A stretch of 64,000 nt of DNA. It comes from Candidatus Moraniibacteriota bacterium. GTDB taxonomy: Bacteria > Patescibacteriota > Minisyncoccia > Moranbacterales > UBA1568. A program made the translations under genes and the position numbers. The notes under the pieces are model-generated. The model was not told where the DNA came from and ran no database searches. It worked only from the letters and a program-made list of their open reading frames with translations. The stretch lies in assembly GCA_963743885.1 (NCBI GenBank), contig CAVURJ010000001.1, positions 438,321 through 502,320 on the forward strand. Direction: 5' to 3'. Shown in pieces: positions 1 through 10,235 of the stretch (position 1 is the stretch's first letter; the number at the start of each line of letters is the position of its first letter).

Positions 1-186
1 GCAGACAATAGGATTTGGATAGGCATGACTTATGAAATGCTCGTAGCTGGGTATGGAAAACCAAACAGTATCAATCCTTCAAATTACGGTTCGGGAACTC
101 AAACCCAGTATTGCTACACTGGCCACAACAGCCCGAACTGCTTCTATGATAATAATAATGATGGAATAATAGATGCTTACAATTAA
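1..186 (+). CDS. Partial hypothetical protein, C-terminus only
   Basis: Open frame from base 1 (ADNRIWIGMTYEMLVAGYGKP...DGIIDAYN*) ending at TAA 184-186. Confidence 0.6.
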   Translation, partial: ADNRIWIGMTYEMLVAGYGKPNSINPSNYGSGTQTQYCYTGHNSPNCFYDNNNDGIIDAYN

Positions 187-197
187 ACTCTAATCCT

Positions 198-557
198 ATG
201 AAAAAGTGCTCATTTTGTTCCGAGGAAATCCAAGACGAAGCTATCAAATGTCGTCATTGCAAAAGTAATCTAGTAGCGACCGAGACAGTTCAACAGAGCA
301 TTGCAAGTGGTGTCCCTCGCTGCCAGGCATGTGGAGGGGAAATGAAAAAATCAAAAGAGAGTAAGTCGTCTGCCTCAGGCTGTATAGTTCTTATTATCGG
401 CTTGATTTGTCTGGTATTTTTTCCTATTGGAACAATTATTGGAATTATTCTTATCTTAGTTGGGCTGTCTTACGCAACGAAGAAGCGTGGCCTGTGGGTC
501 TGTAAGGGCTGTGGAAGTCAGATTGAGAGGAAGATATCGTGGTTTGAGCTTGGATGA
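198..557 (+). CDS. Zinc-ribbon membrane protein
   Basis: CxxC pairs (CSFC...CRHC; CQAC...CKGC) around two hydrophobic helices. Confidence 0.75.
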   Translation: MKKCSFCSEEIQDEAIKCRHCKSNLVATETVQQSIASGVPRCQACGGEMKKSKESKSSASGCIVLIIGLICLVFFPIGTIIGIILILVGLSYATKKRGLWVCKGCGSQIERKISWFELG

Positions 558-651
558 CAATAACTCGATGTTTTTTTGAGTTATGCACCCGCTTATTAAA
601 TCAGGGTTATTTGGAAAAGTCCGTAGAATCGACTAGTTTCACCCACACTTT

Positions 652-1302
652 ATGGAGCTCTCGGAAGAGCGTATCAAGGAGTTCCAGGAGATATTCAGGA
701 AGGAATATGGCAGAGAATTGACCTGGGAAGAGGCGACGGAATCCGCTAGGAATCTGCTAGGTCTCTACGAGGTCCTTTATGAGGTAGCTGAGAAGGAATT
801 TTTCCGTAAGGAGAGGCTTAAGAAGAGTCCGGGCGGCTTCTATCTGGAAGCCGAGCATACGTATACGTGCTGCGTCTGTGGGCAGGATATGCCAGGAGAG
901 CGGGTGTGGTATGACCAGTATGGTATCAAATGTCCTCCTTGCCAGGCGGCCGTGAAGAAGCGGCTGATACCGGCTGCGTCTTGTAAGAGCCGTGGCAGTC
1001 GGTATTCGATGTGGGAGTTCGATTACTATTTCGGCATCAAGGCTCCGACTATCAGGAAGTTCATCCGGCAGGGGAAGCTGAAATCCCGTATCGTTCCGGG
1101 GTTAGCTGGAGGGAAGCATTTCGAATTCCTGCTTATAAGGGATAATAAAGGGGTTCTTCCGAAAAAACCGAAGAGTTTTCTCGTATGGGAAGGGAAGTTG
1201 GCGCATGTCGAATATGCGCCAGTTTCGTTACCTGATTTCATGGAAGAAGTCCGTGGGAAGGGGGTTTCGGAAAGGCTGGAATTGGATGCCTCGAGTATTT
1301 GA
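652..1302 (+). CDS. Hypothetical protein with Zn-finger and possible HTH
   Basis: 216 aa; CCVC...CPPC motif; excisionase-like PTIRKFIRQGKLKS segment. Confidence 0.6.
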   Translation: MELSEERIKEFQEIFRKEYGRELTWEEATESARNLLGLYEVLYEVAEKEFFRKERLKKSPGGFYLEAEHTYTCCVCGQDMPGERVWYDQYGIKCPPCQAAVKKRLIPAASCKSRGSRYSMWEFDYYFGIKAPTIRKFIRQGKLKSRIVPGLAGGKHFEFLLIRDNKGVLPKKPKSFLVWEGKLAHVEYAPVSLPDFMEEVRGKGVSERLELDASSI

Positions 1303-1373
1303 TATGTAGCTTTACTTTAGGCATAAAGTGGCATAGTGTAGAGAAGGGCGATAAGAAAGCGCTATCTATTTTT

Positions 1374-4300
1374 ATGGAATCCAGAGACAATCTTTCAAAT
1401 TTCATCAAGTATTGTTTGGGGTATATCAACCTGACTCGTCGGCAGGGGCTTTCTGTTGGCCGGAAAGAGGCTGTTGTTGTCCCTGAAGAATATTTAAGTC
1501 TTGAACATCTTCTTGATGGTGATTTGGATGGGAATATGGGAGAGGTAATTTCTCTCGAAACATTTCATCAGTATGCACCGAAGGATGTCCCCGAAGAGAT
1601 GAGGGGCGCTTACAAACTGGAAAAACAGTTGGCTGAGAAGATAGAAAATATCTATAACAAACATCGTAATGACCAGTTCAGGAAACAGGTCCTTCTTCAG
1701 TTTGGGTTTTTCGAGGTAGAGTTGCCAGTTGAAGAGGGGGTTGCTCCGGCTGGAGATGATGAACAATCCGTTCAGTCGCAGCTCCCTCTTATGCCAGAGG
1801 AGCCAAAAATAAAAGAGCCGAAGCGTGAGAAATATCCGATATTCACTATCCCGGTAAGGATAGAAAAGGATGATGACGGGAAATATGTCCTGTATACAGT
1901 GGATACGGAGTTCCAAGTAAATACGGGGGGTCTTGAAGCTATTTTGGATGAATCCTCGTACTATCAGCTTCTGGAAGAAATCGGGAAATACGAGATGGGA
2001 GAGAGGCTTACGTTGCCGCTTAGCAATCTTGAGATTTTTCGTGAAATCTGGGAAAAAATCGAATCATATCTGAAGTTGGGGGATGCTGTTTTTGATGGAG
2101 ATTCATTCAAGCTGAATGAAATGAATTTGGTCCTCAGTGCGAAAGCAAACTTCTTTTTGTCGGAGGATTTGAGAAAGCTTTTTGAATTTTCGGAAGACGA
2201 GCTTAAGGGTACGGCGCTTGCGACATGGATTAACAATGATGGGCTTGCTAGTAGTGATGAATCTGATGAAGAGGAGAGTTCTTCCGGATTGTATTTCCCG
2301 TTTTCATATGACAAGTATCAATTGCGGATTCTTTCTTTATTGAAAAACAAGGCGTTCATAGTTGAGGGTCCGCCTGGCACCGGAAAGTCGCAGACCATCT
2401 CTAACTTGCTGTGCCATTTGGCGGCAAGTGGAAAAAAAGTTCTTTTCGTCAGCCAGAAAGCGCAGGCGTTAAAGGTTGTAAAGGATAAGCTCAAATCGTT
2501 GAATATCGATTATCTTTTTGGGTATGTTCCGAACCCCGCATCGAATCAATTGAGCGAAATTGACGAGTTTGATGGAATCGCACCGCAACTGCTGGCCATG
2601 AGCTCCCATGTGAGCAAGCTGCAGGACGGTTCGTATGATGGGCTGAGAAAGCGAGAGCCTATCAGTCTTGAGTCGGCCGCAGAGAAGGCAGTCAGATTAA
2701 CGAAAAATATCAATGAGTCGATTGGGGTTCAGAGAGAAGTTGTTAGGCTTAATGAAGAGCTGGTGTCTTTGAATGAGTACGAGATGTCGATAACTGACCT
2801 TGATGCTTTTAAGGAAAGTTTTGGGGACAGTAATTGGAAGCAGATTGTCGCCCTGAAGAAGCGCATCGAGACATTGGTTGAGGGATTGAAGAGGTACAGT
2901 GCCTCAGAATCCAAGAAAGATATGGACGGGGTGTTTGCTGATTTAGACTTTGATGATGCGAAATATTCGTCTGCAATACGGGCGATAAAGGAGGATGTCT
3001 CGCAGACTGCTTATGATAGGCATTCAAAAGTCGTTAGAACAATAAATACGACTGCAAGAAATTTGAGATTAAGAAAGGAACGAGCCGCTTTGCCGAGAGA
3101 AATTATCGATTATATTGACGAGAAATTAAAATCCGATATTTCACGTAGAGAGGCTGTCGATATATTGAGTCCCTTGTTGGATTATTGTGAGTTTTTTGAG
3201 GTGAAAAAGCTTTTGGAGGAGGATAGAGAGAAGCTTGAGGTGTCATTGAATAAGTGCGGCGTATCCAAAGAGGAATTCCAGATAATTAGTGACATGATAT
3301 CGGAAACATCTTCAGAGAAGCTTGAAGAAATAAAAGGGAAGATTGTAAGGGTTCAAGAGATTAAGTCTGAGTTAGAGAAGCTTCAGATTGAAGATTCTCA
3401 GGAGTATTCAAAACAGCTGACAGATCTTTTGGGGGCATCCGATAAGCGCGTAGCTATCTATATACAGAATATCTTAAATAAGAATATCTTTGATAAAAGC
3501 AAAAGCGTAGCTGTAATCCAGAAGATTAGAAGGTTAGCAAAAAGCCTGGGTAAGTCGAAAACTGCATTTAAGACATTTGACCGTTTGCGACGTGACCCGG
3601 ACAATTTTGACACGATACTCGACCTTATCCCGATATGGATAATGGAGCTTGATGATGCAAGCAGAATCATACCGCTTGAGGCGGGGATATTCGATTATGT
3701 GATTCTTGATGAAGCTTCACAGTGCAATGTTGCGTATACCCTTCCGGTGATGTTTAGAAGCAAGCAGGCGATATTTGTTGGTGATAGTGAGCAGATGCGT
3801 GATAGCACGATTATGTTCAAGGCGAACAAGTCGTTTGATGAACTTGCTCGTCGATATCGTATACCGGAAGAATTACAGATAAAAAGTACTGGCGAAACGG
3901 TTCAGTCGGTTCTTGATATTGCCTATCTAAGAGGATTTCAGAGCAGGACACTTACATATCACTACCGCTCTCCAAAGGAGCTGATTGGATTCAGCAACAA
4001 CTACTTTTACACTCCGAAAGGGAAGGAGCTGATATCTCTTAATAGTCATTACCTTACATACAAGGATACCAATAGAATCATGCTCGTTCATGAGGTTGAA
4101 GTGGACTGGGGTCAGGAGATATCTGATTCTTCAAATATAGCTGAGGCAAAGCGCATATTGGAGCTCTTTAGGGAATTACGAAGCGATGAGAGATATAAGG
4201 ATAAGTCTATCGGTATCCTGACGTTTTTCAATGCTCAAGCATCGTGCATACGTGACTTATTTGAAAGTGAAGGATTAAAGGAAGAAGATGATAATTACGT

Positions 4301-4940
4301 GGTAAGTATTATCGATGGAATCCAGGGTGATGAAAAAGATATCATCATATATTCTTTCGTCATAAAGAAGCCGGAGCAGAAGAGGATGTATCAGCCGTTA
4401 ACGGGTGAGGGTGGAGACGTTCAGCGTGATATTAATATGGGTCGTGTGAACGTTGCTTTTTCGAGAGCTCGTCTGCAGGTGCATTGCTTTACCAGTATTC
4501 CCGTCGATGAATTCCCGGAGAATATATGGATAAAGAAATTCTTGCAGTATGCAGGCGAGAACGGAGAAATTGATTTTTATTCGACTGATTTGAAGCCGTT
4601 TGATTCTTATTTTGAAGAGGAATTTTATTCTGTGATAAGGTCAGGGCTAGGGAAGGGATATATTATTCAAAATCAAGTCGGAAGCTGCGGTTTCAAGATT
4701 GACTTTGTTGCTACGAATACAAAAAATGGGAAGAGAATCGCAATTGAATGTGACGGCCCAACTCATTTTAAAGATGAGCTCGATGAGGAACTCGGTATTT
4801 ATGTTGAAAGCGATTATGAAAGACAAGCTGTATTGGAAGCATCAGGATGGAAATTCTATCGTTTGCGATATTCTGATTGGGTTGATGAGAAATTTGAAAA
4901 AGAGAACGTAGTGTCAGATATTAAAAAGCTTTTGATATAG
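1374..4940 (+). CDS. Superfamily 1 (Upf1/DNA2-like) helicase fused to C-terminal Vsr/DUF559-like endonuclease
   Basis: Walker A GPPGTGKS, DEASQ, VGDSEQ, HYRS, IQGDEKD, NVAFSRAR; C-terminal SYFEEE...IDFV...AIECDG...GWKFYR. Confidence 0.9.
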   Translation: MESRDNLSNFIKYCLGYINLTRRQGLSVGRKEAVVVPEEYLSLEHLLDGDLDGNMGEVISLETFHQYAPKDVPEEMRGAYKLEKQLAEKIENIYNKHRNDQFRKQVLLQFGFFEVELPVEEGVAPAGDDEQSVQSQLPLMPEEPKIKEPKREKYPIFTIPVRIEKDDDGKYVLYTVDTEFQVNTGGLEAILDESSYYQLLEEIGKYEMGERLTLPLSNLEIFREIWEKIESYLKLGDAVFDGDSFKLNEMNLVLSAKANFFLSEDLRKLFEFSEDELKGTALATWINNDGLASSDESDEEESSSGLYFPFSYDKYQLRILSLLKNKAFIVEGPPGTGKSQTISNLLCHLAASGKKVLFVSQKAQALKVVKDKLKSLNIDYLFGYVPNPASNQLSEIDEFDGIAPQLLAMSSHVSKLQDGSYDGLRKREPISLESAAEKAVRLTKNINESIGVQREVVRLNEELVSLNEYEMSITDLDAFKESFGDSNWKQIVALKKRIETLVEGLKRYSASESKKDMDGVFADLDFDDAKYSSAIRAIKEDVSQTAYDRHSKVVRTINTTARNLRLRKERAALPREIIDYIDEKLKSDISRREAVDILSPLLDYCEFFEVKKLLEEDREKLEVSLNKCGVSKEEFQIISDMISETSSEKLEEIKGKIVRVQEIKSELEKLQIEDSQEYSKQLTDLLGASDKRVAIYIQNILNKNIFDKSKSVAVIQKIRRLAKSLGKSKTAFKTFDRLRRDPDNFDTILDLIPIWIMELDDASRIIPLEAGIFDYVILDEASQCNVAYTLPVMFRSKQAIFVGDSEQMRDSTIMFKANKSFDELARRYRIPEELQIKSTGETVQSVLDIAYLRGFQSRTLTYHYRSPKELIGFSNNYFYTPKGKELISLNSHYLTYKDTNRIMLVHEVEVDWGQEISDSSNIAEAKRILELFRELRSDERYKDKSIGILTFFNAQASCIRDLFESEGLKEEDDNYVVSIIDGIQGDEKDIIIYSFVIKKPEQKRMYQPLTGEGGDVQRDINMGRVNVAFSRARLQVHCFTSIPVDEFPENIWIKKFLQYAGENGEIDFYSTDLKPFDSYFEEEFYSVIRSGLGKGYIIQNQVGSCGFKIDFVATNTKNGKRIAIECDGPTHFKDELDEELGIYVESDYERQAVLEASGWKFYRLRYSDWVDEKFEKENVVSDIKKLLI

Positions 4941-4945
4941 ATTCT

Positions 4946-5896
4946 ATGGATTCAGGACAGAAGACTGACTATAGTGGAGTTGTAAAAATAATCCTTGTGA
5001 TAGCGCTTTTCCCGTTTGTCGTTGTTTGGTATGTATGGACGAAGACTAATTGGACAAAGCAAAATAAATGGATTGTGACCGCCGCCGTAGCGGTTCTTTC
5101 TTTGCTTATCATAAATTCTTCTAATGGGAGTGCGACAACTCGACAAGCAGAGGCATGGCGGCAGGCAGAGAAGATTAAACAAGAACCAGTCCAGCAGAGA
5201 TTGGTTGAAAAGGAAGATGTTCGGCAGGAGCCAGAACAACAGGTTATTGCAGAGGTAGCCGAACAAGAAAATGTTCCAGAAGAAGTATTTAAGGTTACTC
5301 GTGTTGTTGATGGCGATACTATACAGCTTGAGAATGGACAGAAGGTGCGGTATATCGGCATCGATACTCCGGAGACTGTCGAACCGAGAAAGCCTGTGCA
5401 ATGTTTTGGAAAAGAGGCAAGCGACAAGAATAAGGAGCTTGTAGAGGGGCAGGAGGTGCGTCTGGTGAAGGACACCTCTGAAACCGATAAATATGACCGG
5501 CTGCTTCGATACGTGTATGTTGGGGATACGTTCGTGAACGACTATCTTGTCCGGAATGGTTATGCTCATTCTTCGAGCTATCCGCCGGATATAAAGAATC
5601 AAGACCAGCTCCGTCTTGCTGAGCAAGAAGCCAGGGAAAATAAGCGGGGATTGTGGGCTGATAATGCCTGTAAGGAAGATGTTGTTGAAGCCCCTATTGT
5701 TTCTGCAGTAGCGACTGGTGCTGCAGCGGCTTCTGTTGTTGAAAGTACGCCATCTTCTGGTGGGGTGGTTAAAAAGAGCACGACTAGTATCTGTCATGCG
5801 CCAGGAACGACTTATTATGCTAAAACAAAGAATTATACCCCTTATAATTCGATAGAGGAGTGCTTGAAGAGCGGGGGAAGATTGCCGAAGAGATAA
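4946..5896 (+). CDS. Membrane-anchored thermonuclease (SNase) with C-terminal small metal-binding domain
   Basis: VVDGDTI, VRYIGIDTPE, DKYDRLLRYV, RGLW motifs; N-terminal TM segments. Confidence 0.9.
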   Translation: MDSGQKTDYSGVVKIILVIALFPFVVVWYVWTKTNWTKQNKWIVTAAVAVLSLLIINSSNGSATTRQAEAWRQAEKIKQEPVQQRLVEKEDVRQEPEQQVIAEVAEQENVPEEVFKVTRVVDGDTIQLENGQKVRYIGIDTPETVEPRKPVQCFGKEASDKNKELVEGQEVRLVKDTSETDKYDRLLRYVYVGDTFVNDYLVRNGYAHSSSYPPDIKNQDQLRLAEQEARENKRGLWADNACKEDVVEAPIVSAVATGAAAASVVESTPSSGGVVKKSTTSICHAPGTTYYAKTKNYTPYNSIEECLKSGGRLPKR

Positions 5897-5932
5897 GGGA
5901 AGGTATTTGTAATGTTGGTGGCGTGGATTCAT

Positions 5933-6418
5933 ATGAAGACTAAAGGTTGGTATAAGAAAGTCTTGTTTGAAAATACAAGAGAAGTATTGAGCATTGGGAT
6001 GACTTATGTAATTACCGCTCTTGTTCTTTTACTCTGGAATTTTGCACTTGGTATAAAGTTTGAATGGCATGAAATATCACCATTCTCGGAGCCAAGTGTT
6101 TTTATTCGTATATTTTATAGCGCATTCACCTTTGTCACTCTAGGATGGTTGTTATATACGATTCATTTCTATAAAGTATTACATGATATTCTCGTAAAGA
6201 TTTTTGGCTTATGGAGTGTTTATTCTTTTATCAAGGCAATAGTCTGGGCGTTTTTGATGGCAGTTTCTTATTTTTATGTTGTCCCATGGCTGTTTGATGT
6301 TTTGAATGCTGGGACATCGGTTTTGTTTAATATTGCTAACCTAGTGCTGTATCTTATTCCTCCAGTCGGGATATCTATGATAGTCGGAACGATTTATCTT
6401 TTTTTGAAGAAAAGCTGA
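5933..6418 (+). CDS. Integral membrane protein
   Basis: About four hydrophobic segments. Confidence 0.65.
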   Translation: MKTKGWYKKVLFENTREVLSIGMTYVITALVLLLWNFALGIKFEWHEISPFSEPSVFIRIFYSAFTFVTLGWLLYTIHFYKVLHDILVKIFGLWSVYSFIKAIVWAFLMAVSYFYVVPWLFDVLNAGTSVLFNIANLVLYLIPPVGISMIVGTIYLFLKKS

Positions 6419-6475
6419 AGGATTTATATCGGTGGACAACATCTCGTATCATGATAATTCATCCAGTATATTTTT

Positions 6476-8086
6476 ATGATAAATAAAATTCGTATTGTTA
6501 ATTTTCGTTCGATACAAAATTTAGAGATTCACCCGCACAATCTTTGCGTATTGATAGGTCCAAATAGCTCTGGAAAAACAAACGTGCTGAAGGCGTTAGA
6601 TATTTTGCTTGGAGAGACATATCCAACTGAGCGAGCTTTTAGCAAGGATGATTTTTATGGGAGAAATTCAAATTTGGAAATTCTAATACAAGTGTGGTTT
6701 AAAGAGCCGCTTGAAGCTTGTAAATTGACATCTGTAGCTACAAGGAGAAAGGAGCAGTGTTTGATATCGAGCTTGAGACTCACACATACTAAGAATGATA
6801 ACGAATTTTTTCAGACAAAATTTATTGCTATTGACGTTGATGGAAATGAGTACTGGGCGTCTGGAGATGTTAGAGAAAAAGTGAATTTCATATATATACC
6901 ATCCGAGAGGAATTTAGAGAAGCAAATGTCGGTCAGTCAATGGTCTTTGTTGGGGAGAATACTCCGTAAGATTGATGAGAATTTCAGAAAAAATAGCCTT
7001 GGAGACGGCCCTAGTGAGATGGAGGAGGATTTTAGAGAGTCCATGAGTGAGCCGAAGAGAATTCTTGAAGCGGAATTGCCGAATGGCATGTTGAGTTATG
7101 CGAAATTTAAGCAGGTATTTACGGGTATTTGTAAGGAAAATGCAAATGGGTTAGCGAATGATTTTGACCTTGATTTGGAAATTTATGACCCGCTGTTTTA
7201 TTATAAGACGATTCAGCTGCTTGGGAGAGAGGAGATGGGGACCTTTAACATCCATGAGCTTGGGTCGGGGGTGCAAAACCTGGTGTTATTATCGCTGTTT
7301 AGGACTTATGCAAAATTAATGAAGAACAAAGCTGTTCTGGCTATCGAAGAGCCGGAAATCTATTTATATCCACAGGCGCAGAGGCAGCTTTATTCGAACT
7401 TTATTGGCATGGCGTATCCAGAATCTGGTAGTCAGGATGGAACCCAAATAATTTATACGACTCACAATCCAAACTTTGTAGATGCCACTAGGGCGAATGA
7501 GGTTGAAATTCTTCAGAAAAGCGCTTCAAGAGGGACTTGTTTGCTTCCAAAGAGTGAGTATGTAACATCGGAGAGGTCTGAGCAGGATAGGTTTAAGACG
7601 TATGCTCATTTTAATACTGAGAGGAACGAGATATTCTTTGCAAAGAAAGTGCTTCTGGTTGAAGGGGACTCTGACAAGATTATGTGGTCGACTCTTCTTG
7701 GTGAAAAATGGGAAATCCTTATAAATAAAGAAGGTATATCTATTATTGAATGCGGAGGGAAAACCGGAGTTCTGTATTTTATTGGCGTGTGCAGATTTAT
7801 GGGGATAGATTATTTCGCTATATGGGACGCAGATAATGGAGATGATGAGGTTAATGATAGACACGGGCTTTTTAGTGCGACTATCAGTGAAGGAAGGGGA
7901 TTGGAAATTCCTGGTAACCTCGAACAATTTCTATCAAGTAAATTCGATGCAGTTAGTTACCCGCAATTTGTATTTTCACAAAGCAATAAGATTGAACATG
8001 CTTTTGAGTGGGCTAACTCAGTTAATATTTCGGATATCCCAGAAGAATTTCTTTCTATTAAAAATTTTTTCATGTTGGCGGACTGA
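6476..8086 (+). CDS. OLD-family ATP-dependent endonuclease (ABC ATPase + TOPRIM)
   Basis: NFRSI, GPNSSGKT, LGSGVQ, IEEPEIYLYP, TTHNP; TOPRIM FFAKKVLLVEGDSD, CGGK, DAD. Confidence 0.88.
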   Translation: MINKIRIVNFRSIQNLEIHPHNLCVLIGPNSSGKTNVLKALDILLGETYPTERAFSKDDFYGRNSNLEILIQVWFKEPLEACKLTSVATRRKEQCLISSLRLTHTKNDNEFFQTKFIAIDVDGNEYWASGDVREKVNFIYIPSERNLEKQMSVSQWSLLGRILRKIDENFRKNSLGDGPSEMEEDFRESMSEPKRILEAELPNGMLSYAKFKQVFTGICKENANGLANDFDLDLEIYDPLFYYKTIQLLGREEMGTFNIHELGSGVQNLVLLSLFRTYAKLMKNKAVLAIEEPEIYLYPQAQRQLYSNFIGMAYPESGSQDGTQIIYTTHNPNFVDATRANEVEILQKSASRGTCLLPKSEYVTSERSEQDRFKTYAHFNTERNEIFFAKKVLLVEGDSDKIMWSTLLGEKWEILINKEGISIIECGGKTGVLYFIGVCRFMGIDYFAIWDADNGDDEVNDRHGLFSATISEGRGLEIPGNLEQFLSSKFDAVSYPQFVFSQSNKIEHAFEWANSVNISDIPEEFLSIKNFFMLAD

Positions 8087-8092
8087 CCCCTT

Positions 8093-8875
8093 ATGTTTAA
8101 GAGTCATATTGAATATGTAGATGTTGACTTATCTGTTTTTAATGATGCTGAGAATAAGAATTTTCGGTCCATGTTGAGTTTTTTTAAAGATGAGGTTTTC
8201 TTTTTTAAGAGGCTGAGTGCTTTGTTTGTAGCATCAAATAAGAAGGTTGGAGACGAATACATCGTTATTATTGAATTATTTCAGCTTTGTAATCATAATT
8301 TAGCTTTTTCTTTCCTTAATATCCTTCGAGGTCATTTTAAAGAACCATGTATCATAAGTAGAAACTCGATTGAGGCTGTGGCTCAGGCGACTATAATAAA
8401 GGAGAATCTTCGATTTAATAATGAAACGTGGTGTAGGGGTGAAAAGGGAAAAGAAAATATTAAGGCATTTAAGGAGTTATTTAAAAAAGATAAATTTAGG
8501 AATTGTAAAAACAAGGATGAATTGAAGGTTTTTTTCAGAATGTTTTCATCATTTGGTCACTCGAACATACTTAATGGGATACATCGCACAAAAAAAGAAG
8601 GAGATAAGTTACTATTTGGTTTTTTCGATGTAGAAGTTGATAATCTTGAAGCCTGGATGGTGAGGTATCTGAATTATATTATCGTGGTTTATAGTATAAT
8701 TTTGGAGGAATTTTCTGATATTTTTCGTGATTTCGGTATAGCCTCTCCCGATGACGTAAAGAAGCTAAGGGAGGAGCATAGGGTGTATATGGAGACCAGA
8801 CGAGGGCTACTGAGTCAATTTGGGAAATATGATTTTGTAGAAGAATATGAGGACGTAAATAAAAAAGAAGGCTAG
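8093..8875 (+). CDS. Hypothetical protein, possibly HEPN/DUF5677-like
   Basis: Helical; RNSIEA and FSSFGH motifs; 6 bp after the OLD gene. Confidence 0.5.
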   Translation: MFKSHIEYVDVDLSVFNDAENKNFRSMLSFFKDEVFFFKRLSALFVASNKKVGDEYIVIIELFQLCNHNLAFSFLNILRGHFKEPCIISRNSIEAVAQATIIKENLRFNNETWCRGEKGKENIKAFKELFKKDKFRNCKNKDELKVFFRMFSSFGHSNILNGIHRTKKEGDKLLFGFFDVEVDNLEAWMVRYLNYIIVVYSIILEEFSDIFRDFGIASPDDVKKLREEHRVYMETRRGLLSQFGKYDFVEEYEDVNKKEG

Positions 8876-8887
8876 TATAAGAGATGT

Positions 8888-9868
8888 ATGAAATATCAAG
8901 TACTTGCCGGAATTAATGGTCCGTTTTTGCCGGATTCTTATAAAGTTTCTGATATTTTTTTGTTTCGGAAACCGCCTTTTTCTCTTCAAGCAAAATTTTC
9001 TTCGGAAATTACAGATGAGCAACCCTTGGTAGATAGGGGTGTTAATCATCGAATTCGATTTAATGCGAAAAAGCCACGTTTTAGAAAATTTAGCTCCGAA
9101 CACTGCATTGAGATTATCTTGGAAAGCGAAAGCCCTCATTGGGCCATTGAATTTGCAAAATTAAGGATAGAACAGTTAGTTGAAGCATTGACTGTGGCTT
9201 CGTTTAATGTGGATAAGGTGCATCCACGTACTGGGCGTAGGTTACTGCATGGTATTAATGATATTTATCAATATCAGATAGAGGGAGTATTTGATGAGAA
9301 GGGTATCCCTGTTGATGGTGCCGATATAGAAGGGACAGCTATTAATTTTTTCCCCGAAAAATTTCCTACTGATTTCGAACAATTAGCGAATGATATTTTA
9401 AGGTGTAATGATACAACCTTGATAAAGGCGATGTTTTATCTAAAGAGAGCGAAAATGTTTTCATATGAGTATTATTCCGAATTGGAAGTGTTCCTCAATT
9501 CGATGAAATGTATAGAACTTCTTGTTAACAGGTTTTATCCTCATGGCTTGGAGAAAAAAGATCATAAGAAAGCTTCTTTCAAAGAAAAGCTGAATGGGTT
9601 TGATAGTAATCCAGGCGTTGCAAGTATACTTGGGATTGATAGTAATTATAATAGTTTGACACAAGACGGTTGGGACTGTAGGAACACCATGGACATGGCG
9701 CATGCTAGTGAATATTTTAAGTTAATTGCTCAGCCATTTCCAGAGGAGATAAATCGTGTAGCGTATTATTTCGTTTTGAAATACGTACAATATTTAAAGA
9801 AAAATCAACCAGATGATTTTTGGGAAATGAAAGACTTGGATGATGAATGGTGGGAAATGTTTAGGTAA
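8888..9868 (+). CDS. Hypothetical protein, possibly ApeA-like HEPN
   Basis: FLNSMKCIELL helix and R-x6-H motif RNTMDMAH. Confidence 0.5.
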   Translation: MKYQVLAGINGPFLPDSYKVSDIFLFRKPPFSLQAKFSSEITDEQPLVDRGVNHRIRFNAKKPRFRKFSSEHCIEIILESESPHWAIEFAKLRIEQLVEALTVASFNVDKVHPRTGRRLLHGINDIYQYQIEGVFDEKGIPVDGADIEGTAINFFPEKFPTDFEQLANDILRCNDTTLIKAMFYLKRAKMFSYEYYSELEVFLNSMKCIELLVNRFYPHGLEKKDHKKASFKEKLNGFDSNPGVASILGIDSNYNSLTQDGWDCRNTMDMAHASEYFKLIAQPFPEEINRVAYYFVLKYVQYLKKNQPDDFWEMKDLDDEWWEMFR

Positions 9869-10094
9869 ATTTTTGCGAAAAACATCGTGATTTTTGTTAT
9901 CACCCTCGAATCACCTCCTTTCTAGGGAGATAATGGTGTACAAAATAAACATTGTCTTCGGATGATGTTTATCAAGAGTTGATACCTAGTATCAAATTCT
10001 TAACCAATATGGTCGTTCATTACGCTTTATCTGTAGGAGCTTCGGCAATGACAGACGTAGTAATGAAACATAGTAGCCATAGAGACCTCTGTCC

Positions 10095-10152
10095 AAGGAC
10101 TAACCGCAAAAGATTTATCTGCCGTAAGGTAGATTTCGATTCTATATTGTTT
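10095..10152. repeat. 58-bp direct repeat, copy 1, with GNRA-loop hairpin
   Basis: aaggactaaccgcaaaagatttatctgccgtaaggtagatttcgattctatattgttt; 57/58 identical to 16819-16876. Confidence 0.95.
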
Positions 10153-10235
10153 GCAAAATCCAGCCTGTAATGGGCTGGTTTTTGCTATGGAAAGGGTATA
10201 TAATCAGGCCAGATATTAATTCGATAGCGACTATT

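Noticed and set aside
6476-8086. Gabija system
   Set aside because: No UvrD-type GajB follows the OLD gene
10095-10152. Integron attC site
   Set aside because: The TAAC and GTT ends are not complementary R boxes, the repeat does not follow each gene, and no intI is present
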